Shown here: positions 1 through 12,137 of the stretch, one piece after another
How positions within the stretch are numbered: position 1 is the first letter of the stretch
How the letters are laid out: every line of letters begins with the position of its first letter
Assembly: GCA_963806035.1 (NCBI GenBank)
Contig: CAWDWO010000034.1
Span: 1-25,519, forward strand
Length of the DNA: 25,519 bases
Origin: Candidatus Krumholzibacteriota bacterium
GTDB taxonomy: Bacteria; Krumholzibacteriota; Krumholzibacteriia; JAJRXK01
Direction of reading: 5' to 3'
Program-made: the position numbers and the translations under genes
The notes under the pieces: generated by a model
The model's input: only the letters and a program-made list of their open reading frames with translations
Databases searched by the model: none
Told to the model about the DNA's origin: nothing

Positions 1-1
1 C

Positions 2-3000
2 CGCGAGCACGTACGGTTCGACCTTGTAGCGCTCGACGGACGCCGGGTCCTGCGCATGGTTGATGGGGTTCAGCATCGACACCAATGCCGCGGCCTGCTC
101 GCTCCGCCCGGCCAGCGAGAAAGCCAGGGCCGCCCATACCGCGCCGTGGGTGTATTGCCCGCCGTTTTCGCGCACACCGGGGGGGTACGCCTTGATGTAG
201 CCGGGATCGACCTTGGCCTGGTCGAACGGCGGGGTGAGGAGCTCGACGATTCCGAGATCCTGACGCACGAGTTGCTGCCATACGGCATCCAGCGCCGACC
301 GGCGGCGCTCGGGGTCGCCGACACCGGCGATGGTGGCCCAGCTCTGAGGCAGTGAGTCGATCTGGCATTCCGCGTTGCTCGCCGAGCCGAGGAGTTCGCC
401 GCTGTCGAACCAGGCGCGCCGGTACCACTGGCCGTCCCAGGCCATCGCTTCGATCCGGTTGGCAAGTTCGTCGGCGGCTACGCGGCACTCGCCGGCCATC
501 GGGGTATCCCCACGCTGCTGTGCCACGGGGACGAAAAGCGACAGCACTTCGTGCAGGAAGAACCCGAGCCACACGCTCTCTCCCGACCCGAGGTGGCCGA
601 CTCGGTTCATCCCGTCGTTCCAGTCCCCACTACCCATCAAGGGGAGTCCATGCACCCCGAACTTCAAGCCGTTCCTTATTGCCCGCGTGCAGTGCTCATA
701 GAGGGTCCCGGTCTGGTCGGAGCGGCCCGGCAGGTCGTAGTAGCTGTCCTCGCCTTGGTTGAGCGTGCGGCCCGTCAGGAAGGGGATCCGCTCGTCGAGC
801 ACGCCGGTGTCGCCCGTGAAGGACACGTAGCGGGACACGGCGAACGGCAACCATAGGAAGTCGTCCGAGCACATCGTCCGGACGCCGCGCCCACTCGGGG
901 GGTGCCACCAATGCTGTACGTCCCCCTCCGTAAACTGGTGCCCGGCGCTGCGTAGGAGATGTTGCCGGGACACGTCGGGCAGTTGATGCAGAACGGCCAT
1001 GCAGTCCTGCAACTGATCGCGGAAACCAAAGGCCCCACCCGACTGGTAGAAGCCGCTGCGGCCCCACATCCGGGACGAGAGCACCTGGTATGGCAACCAG
1101 CCGTTCATCAGCACGTTCAAGCCGGCGTCCGGCGTCTCGGCGTGCATCACGCCAAGCGTGTCCTTCCAGAACCGCCAGACTTCCTCCAGCGCGATTCGCG
1201 CCGCCCCGACGCCCCGGTAACGCTGGACCAGTGCAGTGGCCTCCTCGCTGCTGTTCGCCGCGCCGAGGATGAAGACGATCTCCCGCTCGGCTCCCGCCCC
1301 CAGTTCCATCCGCGCCTGCATCGCCGCGCACGGGTCCAGACCCGGACCCAACCGCCCGCTCAGTTTCCGTAAGCGGATGGCCGCGGGGTTCGACGGGTCG
1401 CCATTGCGTCCCAGACACTCGGCGCGGTCACCACTGATACTGCGCGTGGCCTCGCTGCAGTCGAAGAAGGCCACGAGGTCGGAGAACTCCTCGTTATAGC
1501 TGTTGCGGGCCAGGATCGCGCCCGTCAGCGGCTCGAGTTCGGTCACGACGTGCATGGCATGGCGAGGCCGGAGGTCACCGAGCACGAGGTCGACGGAGGC
1601 GAAGACACTGACGGTACGGCGGCGCTCACTACAGTTCCTGATCGTCAACGACAGGAACTTCACCGGCGCGTCGACCGCCACGTAGGTCTTCAACTCCGAC
1701 GCCAGCTCGTCCTCGTTGTGCTCGAAGACGCTGTACCCAAATCCGTGTCTGCAGGCATATGCCGTCTCGCTGGTGCGCGGCCACGGCATCGGGCTCTGGA
1801 ACCGTCCGCTTGCCTCGTCGCGGATGTAGATGACCTCGCCGCCTGGATCGCTGACGGGGTCGTTGCTCCACGGCGTCAATCGGCATTGCTGGGCATTGCC
1901 GAACCAGGTGTAGGCGCTGCCGCTCTCGCTGACCACGGTGCCCAGCCGCGAGTTGGCAATGACGTTGACCCAGGGAGCCGGGGTGTGGCGACCGGGCGGA
2001 AGATCGATGATGTACTCACGACCGTCCTGCGTGAAACCGCCGGTGCCGTTGGCGAAGATCAAGTCGTCTCGCGGAGACATCGCTTCGACTGGACTTTCTG
2101 ATGCCACCATCTGTTGTACAGGGGCCAACATCAAGGCCCGCGCTGGCCGTGGGGCCCGCGCCCGGCGCTCCAACTGCTCGCTGAGGGAACCATCGGCATC
2201 CCGGATCACGATCCTTGCTGCCGCCTGCAGCAGCACGCGGTCCTCTTCGGAGAAACTGTCGATATGCCGCACGAAGACACCGCCTGGCTTGTCTACCAGT
2301 TGGGCCTCGGTCCCCGCGGCGATGAGTTCCAGGATACGGTCGCCCAGTTCGTCTCGATAGCCCGTGGAGTCTTCATTCCAGATCACCAGGTCGGTCGGCA
2401 GACCTCGCCTTCGCCAGAAAGCGTGCGCTCCGAGTAGGTCTCGCACCAGCTGCAGCCTGTCGACCTCGCTCACTCGAAGCAGCACGATGGGCAGATCGCC
2501 CGAGATCCCGAATCGCCACAGTCCCGACTGGCCCTTGCGGTTGCGCCGCAGGATGCTGCCAGGAGCACGCCAGATCCTGTCAGCAAAAATCACGGCGGCT
2601 GCCAACTGCCCGTAGAGCCGAGTTTCCGCTTCGTTGGCTCCCAGATCACCAAGGGCGGTCAAGCTGCGGGTAGGCGCGGCCTCGAGCACGCGATCGACCA
2701 TCCGGTGATCCTGGTATTTCGCGATCAAGGCCATCGCCGCGTCCCGCGTCGGCGCGACCCCGATGATCAGGTCGAGTCGCGCGGTACCGCCGGGCGCCAG
2801 TTCCACGGTGCGTCGGACCGCGACACACGGATCCAGCACGGCCCCGGCCGTTCCCGACAACGGGCCACTCTCGTCCAGCGCGGCGGGTCGACGCGTGTTG
2901 CGACCGCGCCCGATGAATCGTGCCCGATCCGTTTCGTAGGTGCAGGCGCCCGACTCGCCGCCGGCCATCGGCATCGTACAGAACATCCAGGGCGGATGTT

Positions 3001-3499
3001 CGTCCATCGATCGCGGACGGCGTGTCATCAGGATGGCGCCCTGCTCAGGCGCGAGCTCGGTTTGCACGAACAGGTTGCTGAACACCCGGTGCAGCTCGTC
3101 CGTCACGCCCGGCGCCAGCACGACTTCGGCGTAGCCGGTGACCTGCAATGACCGCGTACGGGCCGACCGGTTAGTCAACTGGATGCGGCGAATCTCGAGA
3201 TCGTCCTCGATCGGGACGGCGATCATGGTGTGGGTCTCGACCTGATCATCCTGGCGGCGAAATTCCGCCCGTCCCCGCGTGAACAGAGCTTCATACTTCC
3301 GACCGACGTGCAAGGTCGGCTGAAACGAATTGGACCATCCGTGATGGGTCAGCGGATCGCTGATGAAGCAGAAGACACCGCAAGTTTCGGACGTGGGGTC
3401 CTCTCGCCAGCGGGTGATCGCCAGGTCGTTGTATCGGCTGTACCCGGCGCCGGCGGCCGAAACCATCACGTGGTAACGGCCGTTGGAGAGCAAATGCAC
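2..3499 (-). CDS. ndvB: C-terminal GH94 (phosphorylase) region of cyclic beta-1,2-glucan synthase; partial, runs off left edge; separated from the N-terminal part by frameshifts
   Basis: Open minus-strand frame missing from the ORF track because it has no stop in the window. Manual translation gives [118 protein letters not shown] and YKVEPYVLA at the edge, all typical Cgs/GH94 motifs. Confidence 0.93.
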   Translation of the reverse strand, partial: MHLLSNGRYHVMVSAAGAGYSRYNDLAITRWREDPTSETCGVFCFISDPLTHHGWSNSFQPTLHVGRKYEALFTRGRAEFRRQDDQVETHTMIAVPIEDDLEIRRIQLTNRSARTRSLQVTGYAEVVLAPGVTDELHRVFSNLFVQTELAPEQGAILMTRRPRSMDEHPPWMFCTMPMAGGESGACTYETDRARFIGRGRNTRRPAALDESGPLSGTAGAVLDPCVAVRRTVELAPGGTARLDLIIGVAPTRDAAMALIAKYQDHRMVDRVLEAAPTRSLTALGDLGANEAETRLYGQLAAAVIFADRIWRAPGSILRRNRKGQSGLWRFGISGDLPIVLLRVSEVDRLQLVRDLLGAHAFWRRRGLPTDLVIWNEDSTGYRDELGDRILELIAAGTEAQLVDKPGGVFVRHIDSFSEEDRVLLQAAARIVIRDADGSLSEQLERRARAPRPARALMLAPVQQMVASESPVEAMSPRDDLIFANGTGGFTQDGREYIIDLPPGRHTPAPWVNVIANSRLGTVVSESGSAYTWFGNAQQCRLTPWSNDPVSDPGGEVIYIRDEASGRFQSPMPWPRTSETAYACRHGFGYSVFEHNEDELASELKTYVAVDAPVKFLSLTIRNCSERRRTVSVFASVDLVLGDLRPRHAMHVVTELEPLTGAILARNSYNEEFSDLVAFFDCSEATRSISGDRAECLGRNGDPSNPAAIRLRKLSGRLGPGLDPCAAMQARMELGAGAEREIVFILGAANSSEEATALVQRYRGVGAARIALEEVWRFWKDTLGVMHAETPDAGLNVLMNGWLPYQVLSSRMWGRSGFYQSGGAFGFRDQLQDCMAVLHQLPDVSRQHLLRSAGHQFTEGDVQHWWHPPSGRGVRTMCSDDFLWLPFAVSRYVSFTGDTGVLDERIPFLTGRTLNQGEDSYYDLPGRSDQTGTLYEHCTRAIRNGLKFGVHGLPLMGSGDWNDGMNRVGHLGSGESVWLGFFLHEVLSLFVPVAQQRGDTPMAGECRVAADELANRIEAMAWDGQWYRRAWFDSGELLGSASNAECQIDSLPQSWATIAGVGDPERRRSALDAVWQQLVRQDLGIVELLTPPFDQAKVDPGYIKAYPPGVRENGGQYTHGAVWAALAFSLAGRSEQAAALVSMLNPINHAQDPASVERYKVEPYVLA

Positions 3500-6400
3500 C
3501 TTCCGGGATCGGCGTGTTCGGGTTGGTGAATGAGCGCGTGATCGGTTTTGATGCCTGGTTCGACGCCCGGCGCGAAACCTGAACCTCGCGCACGTGCGGA
3601 TACATCAGCACGTTCGTCTTCGGGATCCGCTCCTGCAGCAACAGGGTCGCCGCCTGGAAATCGGGATTGCTGAGGAACCGGCGCTGCATCTGCGGCCCGA
3701 GCACGACCTGCTCCAGCGCGAGCAGACTCATCCCGTGATGGTGGGCGAAGAACGCCTTTGACCACGGCTTCCTGCTCGCCCTCATCGACTCGGGTGGTCG
3801 TGAAATCAATCGCCTCATAGAAACCATAAGGGCCCAACCAGCCGCGCCCCGCCATGCGCCGCAGGTTCTCAGTTGCGTGCTGCGGATCAACCAGCAGGGC
3901 CAGGGCCGAAGCATACGGCGCGACCACCACTTCGTCGCCCAGCCCGCGCTGCAGACCAAGTCCCGGGACCCCGAAAGCCCGGTACCGGTAGGTACCCTCG
4001 ACATCCTTGGCGTTGTAGCACGATTCGGAGATTCCCCAGGGCACCCTGCGCTGCCGGCCGTACTCGATCTGGCGGGCGACGGCCCCAGTGCAGGTCTGGT
4101 CCAGCAGCGTTCCTGCGAAGTGGGGCATCACCAGGCGCGGCATCAGGTACTCGAACATCGAGCCGCTCCAACTCAACAGCACCGGCCTGCCATGCGTAGT
4201 TGTCAGGCGCCGGCCGAGGGCGAACCAGTGGTCGAACGGGAGTTGGCCGGAAGCGATGGCGACATAGCTTGCCAGCCGCGCTTCCGACGCCAGGAGGTCA
4301 TAGGAGCTGCTATCCAGCCGGCGATCCATCGTCCAGTACCCGATGGCCAGGAGCTTGCGGCGCGGGTCGTAAAGGAAGGGGAACTCGGCGCTGGCCAGGC
4401 CCAGGCATCGCTGAGCCAGGGCATCGACCTGGTGGATGCGCTCGGAGATGTGTTTCGCACCCTGCTGAAACGCCTCGACGAGACGATCCCTGGCGTCGGT
4501 GGCCCGGGCCACGGACAGCGCTTCGGCTGCCTGTTGAGCCAAGTCGCCGAGCTCAACCAGGCTGCGAGCCCGGTCGATGCCAGCCAATATGTGCGCCGGT
4601 ACGCCCTCGAAGGTCGCCCCATCGGCCGCAAGCCACGGCGCCATCTCGCCAAGATCGGCCAGCAACGATCGCACCTGCCGGTCGAAGGCGTTCGCCCACC
4701 AAGCGGCCTCGGGATCCTGCTGCCGATCGAAGGACTTGACGAGCCCTGTGGCCGCGGCGCCGAGTTCGGTCAGCCACGCAACCCTGGCGGTAAGAGAATC
4801 AGGACAGACCTGCAGACGCCCGGTGATGGACTCCAGGACTTCGCTTTGGCCGGCCTGCTCGGCCAACACCTGAATCGTGTCGCGTAGCCCGTCCAAGGTC
4901 GCCGGCGGCAGGACCGGGGCCGCGGGCAGTTCCAAAAGCCCGCTGCGCAGCACCCGGACGTGTCCGACGAGGTTGCCGCTATCGACCGTGGAAACGTAGA
5001 GGGGCGGCAGGGCCTTGCGGGTGATGGTGTCGTACCAGTTGAAGAAGTGTCCCTGATAGCGCTCCAAGCGCTCCATCGAATCGATCGTGTTGGCGGTGCG
5101 GTCCAGCAACTGCCCGACGCTCAGGTATCCGAGGTCATACGCGGACAGATTGGAAAGCAGCGCCAGACCCATGTCCGTCGGGCTGGTCCGATGGGCCACG
5201 CAGTGCCTCGGCTGTTCCTGGAAGTTGTCGGGAGCCAGCCAATTCTCCTGTGGCCCGACGAACACCTCGAAGTACCGCCAGGTGCGTCGGGCGATCCGAC
5301 GCAGGAACTGCACGTCCCCGTCGGCGAGTCGCGACGAGCCGGACCGCAGCGGGCGGCTGACCCACCAGGCCACCAGCGGAGACAAGAACCACAGCAGCAG
5401 GATCGGGCTCGCGGACGAGGCGGCCCCTGACGCGCCCTGCATGATCAACAGTGCCGCGATCACCATGGCAAAGCCCGGGACCATCCACATGCGGCGGACG
5501 ATCTGCTTTAGATTCCCCGCCGCGTCGTTCTCGGCCGCCGCTGCCGTTCGCCACTCGAGCATGCTCTGCCGGCTATAGATGACCCGCCACAGCGAGCGTA
5601 CGGCGGCATCGACGGCGATGGCTGCTTCGAAGGGGAGAAAGGTCAGCCACAGCACGCTCTTTGCCAGGCGATGAACCATCGACTGGACGACGGTGGACAG
5701 GTGCAACGCCAGTGGCAGTTTCGGCGGACGGTGCATGAGCTCGGCCAAGCCCGGCAGCAAATCGGGGACGAAAAGTAACGCGAGAACGGCGAGTATCCAG
5801 AGCCCTGGTGCCGGCAGCACCAGCCAACCCAGCGCGAGAAGTACCGTATACGCGGGCGCCACAAGCGACCGCCGTAGGTTGTCGAATACCTTCCACCACC
5901 CCAGCATAGTGATCGACGGATGGATCCGGTGGCCTTGGGCATCCCCTACCCTCAATCCCAGCCACGGGGCGATCTGCCAGTCGCCACGCATCCACCGGTG
6001 ACGGCGACTGACATCGGTCAGGTATCCGGAGGGCGCGTCCTCGAGCAGCTCGACATCGCTGCACTGGGCCGAGCGTGCATAGCACGACTCGAGCAGGTCG
6101 TGACTCAGCACCGCGTTATCGGGGAAGCGGCCGTCGAGCAACTGGCGGAAGGCGCCCACATCATAGATGCCCTTGCCAATGAAGGATGTTTCCTTGAATA
6201 GGTCCTGATACAGGTCCGAGACCAGGCGGGTGTACGGGTCGAAACCCACTTCTCCCGACATGAGTCGCGAATAGCGACTTTGCGCGGCGCTGCGCCACGA
6301 GATGCTGACACGTGGCTGGAGGATCGCGTAGCCACGGACCAGGCGTCGGCCACGAGCATCCATCCTAGGACGATTCAACGGGTGGGCAGCGGCGCCCACC

Positions 6401-8424
6401 AGCCGCCATCCCGTACCCCAAGGCAGGTCGGTGTCGGTGTCCAGCGTGATGACATAGTGGACCGCGTTACTTTGGGACACGTCACCCACAATCCGACTGA
6501 AGCGCGCTTGATCGGCGCCGCACAGCAGCGCGTTGAAGTCCTCGAGCTTGCCCCGCTTGCGCTCGTGGCCCATCCAACAGCCTTCCTGCGCGTTGTAAAT
6601 CCTGGGCCGGTGGAACAGAAAGAAGCGTCCGTGTGCACCGTTTCCATACTTCGTGTTCAGCTCCTCGATGCCGACGGTGGCCAGCGCGAGTAGTGTGTCA
6701 TCGCCGTCGACGTGCTCCTGGGCGGAATCGCTGAAATCGGTCAGCAGCGCGAACCACAGGTTCGGGTCGCGGTTCGCCAGGTAGCGACGCTCTAGCCTTT
6801 CCAGCATCACGCGGATACGCTCGGGTTCCGTCAGGAGGCTCGGCACGACGACCATCGTGCGACAGTCGTCGGGAATGCCCTGCTCAAAGTCCATTCGGGG
6901 CAGGGCCCGCGGGCCGTGGAAAATCGAGGTGAGCCAGTTGACGACCGCGAGGGCAAACTGGGATGCCGCCAGGGCCGCGCAAGCCGCCAGAACGGGCCAC
7001 GCTAGACCGGTAGCCCCCCGAAACTGCGTAACCAGTAACAGAACGCCGATGAGCGAGAGCACCGTGACCGAGCCGAGGTAGGCGACGAGCTTCAGCTTCC
7101 GCAGCAGGGGCTGCGGGAAAAGCCGCGCCGCCTTCTGGCCGCGCAACGCCCGCTCGAGATGCCGCTTCCCGTCATCGATGAGCAGGTAGCCTACGTGGGC
7201 CGCCACGCCGTCGCTTTGCTCGGCCCAGAACGTGGTGGCGAGCGCCACCGCGGTCCGAGCCACCACATTCTCGTCGAGGTGAAACCGCCGCGCCATCGCC
7301 TCCACGACGTGCCGGTACTCGTCGCGAGTTGCGAAATCCATCCGGTCATAAACGCCCGCCGGTTCGTCGCGCAGAATTTTCTCGGTGGTGCTATTCGTCT
7401 CCACGAACTCATACCACTCGGTGGCGTTGACAAGCCGCAAGCTTGATATGGTGTTGGCCATCGAGGTGTGGGCCGCCGCCTGAATATGGCTATCGGCACG
7501 AATGGCCCCCTCGATCGTCTGTCCCCGGTCGGCCAGACGCTGCTCGAGCCACGCCAGCACGAGGGTCGTAGTTGCACCGCGCCCCTCGAGGGATTGCGTT
7601 AACTGGGTGACAAACGCCGCCGACAGAGGAGGGTCTTCGCGGACCATGTCCGCCAGCGCCAGGAAGGCGCCGTCTTGCTTGTCCGGGGCAGCGTCGATCC
7701 GCTCCGCCCAGGCGAGGGCGCGGTCCCGGTGCGCCCTCTGCCAACTCATGCTTACGGCGACACGGCGAAGGTTCTCGACGAGGGCCAACCGCAGCATGAT
7801 GGCGACCGACCAGAGTTCCCCCAGGGTCAGGTGAGTAACCGACTGGTAAGCCGCCGTGTAGCGGGTCAGGGCTTCCTCGTCAACGCGCCCGTCGACGTGC
7901 GCAATGAACTCCAGGATGATCTCGTAAATCCTTGGTAGGCCCGCCAACTTTCCACTCTCCAAGCGCGGCAGTTCACGGCTGTAGCCGCGAGGAAAGTGCT
8001 CCCGCGCCAGGGAGATTTGCTCTTCGATGACCCCGCGGTTGTCCAACAGCCATTCGGTAGCCGGAGTCATTCGCTGTCCGTCTGCATGCGCCTTGGACAG
8101 CAAGAGGTGGCAGCGATCGATGACACGCTCCGAGTCGCCTAGGCGCTTGAGCAGTTGATCATTGCCACGCCGCCGGCCCAGCACTTGGCAAGCAGCCAGC
8201 GTTCGGGCGTGCAGTTCCAGTTGCTCGATCGTGAAGACCGCATCGTGCAGTGGCGAATCGGCAGCGTCGGACCGGTACAGATTCGCCGCCCAGCCGGAGA
8301 GGTTGGCGGACGCAAGCAGACTGCGCGTCTCGCCAAATCCATGGAATATCCTGCGGAATCGGTTTTTCAACCCATGCTGTCTTCTGTCCAAGCCTGCGAA
8401 GCGGCGGGAAGATGGCACCTTCAT
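3466..8424 (-). CDS. ndvB: Cyclic beta-1,2-glucan synthase, N-terminal part (GT84 synthase, TM segments, glucoamylase-like cyclization domain); last ~95 codons out of frame
   Basis: Motifs [94 protein letters not shown] at 8424 overlaps the xfp stop (ATGA) and has GGAG upstream, so it is preferred over 8439. Confidence 0.93.
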   Translation of the reverse strand: MKVPSSRRFAGLDRRQHGLKNRFRRIFHGFGETRSLLASANLSGWAANLYRSDAADSPLHDAVFTIEQLELHARTLAACQVLGRRRGNDQLLKRLGDSERVIDRCHLLLSKAHADGQRMTPATEWLLDNRGVIEEQISLAREHFPRGYSRELPRLESGKLAGLPRIYEIILEFIAHVDGRVDEEALTRYTAAYQSVTHLTLGELWSVAIMLRLALVENLRRVAVSMSWQRAHRDRALAWAERIDAAPDKQDGAFLALADMVREDPPLSAAFVTQLTQSLEGRGATTTLVLAWLEQRLADRGQTIEGAIRADSHIQAAAHTSMANTISSLRLVNATEWYEFVETNSTTEKILRDEPAGVYDRMDFATRDEYRHVVEAMARRFHLDENVVARTAVALATTFWAEQSDGVAAHVGYLLIDDGKRHLERALRGQKAARLFPQPLLRKLKLVAYLGSVTVLSLIGVLLLVTQFRGATGLAWPVLAACAALAASQFALAVVNWLTSIFHGPRALPRMDFEQGIPDDCRTMVVVPSLLTEPERIRVMLERLERRYLANRDPNLWFALLTDFSDSAQEHVDGDDTLLALATVGIEELNTKYGNGAHGRFFLFHRPRIYNAQEGCWMGHERKRGKLEDFNALLCGADQARFSRIVGDVSQSNAVHYVITLDTDTDLPWGTGWRLVGAAAHPLNRPRMDARGRRLVRGYAILQPRVSISWRSAAQSRYSRLMSGEVGFDPYTRLVSDLYQDLFKETSFIGKGIYDVGAFRQLLDGRFPDNAVLSHDLLESCYARSAQCSDVELLEDAPSGYLTDVSRRHRWMRGDWQIAPWLGLRVGDAQGHRIHPSITMLGWWKVFDNLRRSLVAPAYTVLLALGWLVLPAPGLWILAVLALLFVPDLLPGLAELMHRPPKLPLALHLSTVVQSMVHRLAKSVLWLTFLPFEAAIAVDAAVRSLWRVIYSRQSMLEWRTAAAAENDAAGNLKQIVRRMWMVPGFAMVIAALLIMQGASGAASSASPILLLWFLSPLVAWWVSRPLRSGSSRLADGDVQFLRRIARRTWRYFEVFVGPQENWLAPDNFQEQPRHCVAHRTSPTDMGLALLSNLSAYDLGYLSVGQLLDRTANTIDSMERLERYQGHFFNWYDTITRKALPPLYVSTVDSGNLVGHVRVLRSGLLELPAAPVLPPATLDGLRDTIQVLAEQAGQSEVLESITGRLQVCPDSLTARVAWLTELGAAATGLVKSFDRQQDPEAAWWANAFDRQVRSLLADLGEMAPWLAADGATFEGVPAHILAGIDRARSLVELGDLAQQAAEALSVARATDARDRLVEAFQQGAKHISERIHQVDALAQRCLGLASAEFPFLYDPRRKLLAIGYWTMDRRLDSSSYDLLASEARLASYVAIASGQLPFDHWFALGRRLTTTHGRPVLLSWSGSMFEYLMPRLVMPHFAGTLLDQTCTGAVARQIEYGRQRRVPWGISESCYNAKDVEGTYRYRAFGVPGLGLQRGLGDEVVVAPYASALALLVDPQHATENLRRMAGRGWLGPYGFYEAIDFTTTRVDEGEQEAVVKGVLRPPSRDESARAGAGRARAADAAPVPQQSRFPGGDPVAAGADPEDERADVSARARGSGFAPGVEPGIKTDHALIHQPEHADPGRCICSPTAVTT
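3500..3757 (-). pseudogene. ndvB: Out-of-frame middle segment of ndvB/cgs between two single-base insertions
   Basis: The frame of track ORF 3291..4004 reads [45 protein letters not shown]...TPIPE, matching the Cgs AHHQGM...MxxRF...LLLQERIP block. Insertions lie at about 3757-3759 and about 3499-3502. Confidence 0.85.
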
Positions 8425-10790
8425 CTGGGATCTCTCCACTTCCAGTTCCGAACTTCCGGCATGTCTTCACCGTTCATGTCGATGTACTGCTTATGCTCGC
8501 CGAGCTTGTCATTGAGTTGCTGCTTCAGGCCGATGCCTTGCTCCCCGGTCTGCGGCAGGCGGTCGATGACGTCCATCACGAGGTGGAAGCGATCCAGATC
8601 GTTCAGCACCGTCATGTCGAAGGGGGTAGTGATCGTGCCTTCTTCCTTGTAGCCGCGGACGTGGATGTTGTCGTGGTTGGTGCGGCGATAGGTCAGCCGG
8701 TGGATCAACCATGGATACCCATGGAATGCGAAGATGACAGGCTTGTCCTTCGTGAAGAGCTCGTCAAAATCCATGTCGCTCAAGCCATGAGGGTGCTCGG
8801 TTTGCGGCTCCAGTTTCATGAGGTCGACGACGTTGACCACGCGAATCTTCAGTTCGGGCATGTGCTCGTGTAGAATGGAAGCGGCGGCGAGCGTCTCCTG
8901 GGTGGGCACGTCGCCGCAGCAGGCCATGACCACGTCGGGCGCAACGCCTTGGTCGTTGCTGGCCCACTGCCATATGCCGATGCCCGCGGTGCAGTGCTTG
9001 ACGGCTGCATCCATAGACAGCCACTGCGGTGCTTGGTACTTACCGGCGATCACGACGTTGACGTAGTGGCGGCTGCGCAGGCAATGGTCCCAGACCGAGA
9101 GCAGGCAGTTGGTATCCGGCGGCAGGTAAACACGCACGACAGAGGCTTTCTTGTTGACCACATGGTCGATGAAACCCGGGTCTTGATGGGTGAAGCCATT
9201 GTGCATCTGCTGCCAGACGTGGGAGGCCAGCAGGTAGTTCAGCGACGCGATCTTTCGCCGCCACGGTAGCTGCGCCGTGACCTTGAGCCACTTGGCGTGC
9301 TGGTTGAACATCGAGTCGATGATGTGGATGAATGCCTCGTAGCAGTTGAAGAGCCCGTGCCGGCCGGTGAGCAGATATCCTTCCAGCCAGCCTTGGCACT
9401 GATGCTCGCTCAACATCTCCATGACTTGGCCATCCAGGGCGAGGAATTCATCGTTGCCCTGCGTCCGTGCGTCCCATTGCCGGTTGGTGACCTCAAATAC
9501 GGCGTTCAAGCGGTTGGAAAGTGTTTCGTCGGGACCGAAGATCCGAAAATTGCGTTGCGCGCAATTGAGCTTGGCCACATCGCGCAGGAACACTCCGAGT
9601 TCGTGCGTGTCAGCCGCGTGAACGGAGCCGGGTGAGGGCACTGTCACCGCATAGGCGCGAAAATCCGGCATGACTAGATCGCGCAACAAAATGCCGCCAT
9701 TGGCGTGCGGATTCGCGCCCATTCGCCGGTCACCGGTGGGCGCGAGTTCGGCCAGTTCCGGTTTCAGACGCCCCCGCTCGTCGAAGAGCTCCTGCGGCCG
9801 GTAGCTCTGGAGCCACTCTTCCAGCCGCTCGAGGTGTTCGGGATGCGCCTTATCCACGGCGAGTGGAATCTGGTGCGCGCGAAACGTCCCTTCAATCTGC
9901 AGGCCGTTCACCCATTTCGGCCCAGTCCAGCCCTTGGGAGACTTGAGGACGATCACGGGCCAGCGCGGGCGCATGGTGTTGCCGTCGACCCGAGCTCGGT
10001 GCTGGATGCGTTTGATCTTCTCCACCGCTTCATCCAGCGTCGCAGCCATGGCCTCGTGCATCGGCGCCGGTTCATCTCCCTCGACATAATAGGGCGCCCA
10101 GCCGTTGCCACGTAGCAACTGGTCCAGTTCCTCCGGCTCGATGCGCGCGAGGATGGTCGGGTTGGCGATCTTGTAGCCGTTGAGGTGTAGGATTGGCAAC
10201 ACGGCGCCGTCGGTGACGGCATCGAGAAACTTATTGGATTGCCACGAGGTCGCTAGCGGCCCGGTTTCCGCCTCACCATCGCCGATAACGCAGGCGACGA
10301 TGAGTTCGGGATTGTCGAACACGGCCCCAAACGAATGGCTGAGCGAATACCCAAGCTCACCGCCCTCGTGGATCGAGCCCGGGCACTCCGGCGAAGCGTG
10401 GCTCGGTATGCCGCCGGGGAAAGAGAATTGCTTGAAGAGCTTCCGCAGCCCGGCCTCGTTTTGGCTGATGTCGGGATAAACCTCGCTGTACGTGCCCTCG
10501 AGGTACGTGTTGCCCACCACGGCCGGGCCGCCGTGCCCGGGGCCTGAGACGTAAATCATGTTCAGGTCGTATTTCTTGATGACCCGGTTGAGGTGCACGT
10601 AGATGAAGTTCTGCCCAGGGGTCGTGCCCCAGTGCCCCAGCAGCATGTGCTTCACATCCGCGAATGTCAGCGACCGCTTCAGCAGCGGGTTGTCACAGAG
10701 ATAGATCTGGCCGACCGACAGGTAGTTTGCGGCGCGCCAGTAGGCGTCCATCCTTCTGAGCATCTCCGGGGCGAGGGCTTCTTTCTTCAT
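8421..10790 (-). CDS. xfp: Xylulose-5-phosphate/fructose-6-phosphate phosphoketolase
   Basis: 789 aa with [47 protein letters not shown] (ThDP motif), [43 protein letters not shown]. Confidence 0.97.
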   Translation of the reverse strand: MKKEALAPEMLRRMDAYWRAANYLSVGQIYLCDNPLLKRSLTFADVKHMLLGHWGTTPGQNFIYVHLNRVIKKYDLNMIYVSGPGHGGPAVVGNTYLEGTYSEVYPDISQNEAGLRKLFKQFSFPGGIPSHASPECPGSIHEGGELGYSLSHSFGAVFDNPELIVACVIGDGEAETGPLATSWQSNKFLDAVTDGAVLPILHLNGYKIANPTILARIEPEELDQLLRGNGWAPYYVEGDEPAPMHEAMAATLDEAVEKIKRIQHRARVDGNTMRPRWPVIVLKSPKGWTGPKWVNGLQIEGTFRAHQIPLAVDKAHPEHLERLEEWLQSYRPQELFDERGRLKPELAELAPTGDRRMGANPHANGGILLRDLVMPDFRAYAVTVPSPGSVHAADTHELGVFLRDVAKLNCAQRNFRIFGPDETLSNRLNAVFEVTNRQWDARTQGNDEFLALDGQVMEMLSEHQCQGWLEGYLLTGRHGLFNCYEAFIHIIDSMFNQHAKWLKVTAQLPWRRKIASLNYLLASHVWQQMHNGFTHQDPGFIDHVVNKKASVVRVYLPPDTNCLLSVWDHCLRSRHYVNVVIAGKYQAPQWLSMDAAVKHCTAGIGIWQWASNDQGVAPDVVMACCGDVPTQETLAAASILHEHMPELKIRVVNVVDLMKLEPQTEHPHGLSDMDFDELFTKDKPVIFAFHGYPWLIHRLTYRRTNHDNIHVRGYKEEGTITTPFDMTVLNDLDRFHLVMDVIDRLPQTGEQGIGLKQQLNDKLGEHKQYIDMNGEDMPEVRNWKWRDPR

Positions 10791-10793
10791 GGC

Positions 10794-12002
10794 TCAACTC
10801 TTCGTCTTCCCGCCAAGGCCGAGAACCCGATACACCGTCTTGGCAATCATCTGTTCTTCGTCCGTACGAATCACGCGGGCCACAACCGGGCTGGCTGGCG
10901 TGGAGATCACGCCTGCATGTGCCGCGTTTCGTTTCATGTCGAGCTCGAGCCCGAGGAATTCCAGTCCGGCGCAAATCCGAGCCCGAACCGTGGGCGCGTT
11001 CTCCCCAATGCCGCCTGCGAACACTAAGGTGTCCAACCCTCCGAGTGCCGCCGCAAATGCGCCGATCCATTTCTTCACCTGGTAGCAGAACAGTGCTACC
11101 GCTTCAGCCGCCCGTACGTCGTCAACTTCAGCTTCGAGCAATTCGCGCATGTCGGAGCTGGTTTCCGATATCCCGAGCAGCCCGGACTGAAAATTGACCA
11201 GCTCATTGAATTGTTTGGGGCTCATGTTTTCGGTGCGCGCCAGATACCAAACCAATCCAGGATCGAGATCGCCGGAGCGGGTGCTCATCGGCAAGCCGGC
11301 TGTCGGTGTGAAACCCATACTCGTGTCCAGGGATTTTCCGTCGCAGACCGCGGCCAGGCTCGCGCCATTGCCGAGGTGGGCGAGGACGACACGGCCCTGT
11401 GCTGCTTCGGGACCAGCCAGACGAGCCAGTTCTTCCACCAGAAACGCATACGACAATCCGTGAAATCCGTACCGCCGCACGCCCTGCGCTTCGTAGCGGC
11501 GCGGAATCGGCAGCAGTCGGGCGACCTGCGGGAGATCGTGGTGAAACGCCGTGTCCAAGCACGCCACCTGGGGCAGTTGCGGAAACCGCTGATGGCATGT
11601 CGCGATCAGTAGGATTTCCGCAGGCAAGTGGTCGGGATCGAATGAACTGAGCCGGCGCAACTCCTCGACCATCTCCGCAGTGATTCGCTGCGACTTGCCG
11701 TACTTCGGTCCGCCATGCACGATCCGGTGCCCTATGGCGACCCACGACTTACGGCCGTGGTGCTGCTCGATCCAATCCATCAGGGTACCCACCGCCCCGG
11801 AGTGATCCGGCGCCACGATCGATCGCGAGACATCCTCCTTTCGGCTGCCACCCTTCACACGCAAGATGGCCTCCGGCTCACCAATCCGCTCGATCCCGCC
11901 CCGCAGAACCGGTCGCAGCGATTCACCGGCCTCGAACAGCGCAAACTTGATGCTCGACGAGCCGCCGTTGATCGTCAGGATACGCGGGTCAGCCGGCTTC
12001 AC
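10794..12002 (-). CDS. ackA: Acetate/propionate kinase
   Basis: INGGSSSIKFALF, GHRIVHGG, DTAFH, RRYGFHGLSY, HLGNGAS, SMGFTP, TRSGDLDPG, GGIGEN, TDEE. GTG at 12002 follows GGGAG; alternative ATG at 12020. Confidence 0.96.
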   Translation of the reverse strand: MKPADPRILTINGGSSSIKFALFEAGESLRPVLRGGIERIGEPEAILRVKGGSRKEDVSRSIVAPDHSGAVGTLMDWIEQHHGRKSWVAIGHRIVHGGPKYGKSQRITAEMVEELRRLSSFDPDHLPAEILLIATCHQRFPQLPQVACLDTAFHHDLPQVARLLPIPRRYEAQGVRRYGFHGLSYAFLVEELARLAGPEAAQGRVVLAHLGNGASLAAVCDGKSLDTSMGFTPTAGLPMSTRSGDLDPGLVWYLARTENMSPKQFNELVNFQSGLLGISETSSDMRELLEAEVDDVRAAEAVALFCYQVKKWIGAFAAALGGLDTLVFAGGIGENAPTVRARICAGLEFLGLELDMKRNAAHAGVISTPASPVVARVIRTDEEQMIAKTVYRVLGLGGKTKS

Positions 12003-12077
12003 GAAATTCTCCCTGCTCATTGGGTGAAAGCCACCCGACCCCGTCGACGATGACGAGCCGCACATTGATAAATCCGT

Positions 12078-12103
12078 GAGCCGGGAAGGAGGTGTCCCGG
12101 CCC
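12078..12103 (-). other. Intergenic hairpin between the ompA-like gene and ackA
   Basis: Minus strand GGGCCGGGA-CACCTCCT-TCCCGGCTC forms a 9-bp stem with one G-U pair. No adjacent U-tract, so not a clear intrinsic terminator. Confidence 0.35.
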
Positions 12104-12137
12104 ATCGACAAGAGAAGGAAGAGTGCGTCCTGAACGC

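Noticed and set aside
3490..3765. Programmed ribosomal frameshifting in ndvB
   Set aside because: It would need two successive +1 shifts, and no recognisable slippery site or stimulator is present. Sequencing error or mutation is simpler.
56..8400. Many plus-strand ORFs opposite ndvB (e.g. 1550-2101, 3877-4887)
   Set aside because: Antisense to a continuous conserved Cgs reading frame, with no independent support.
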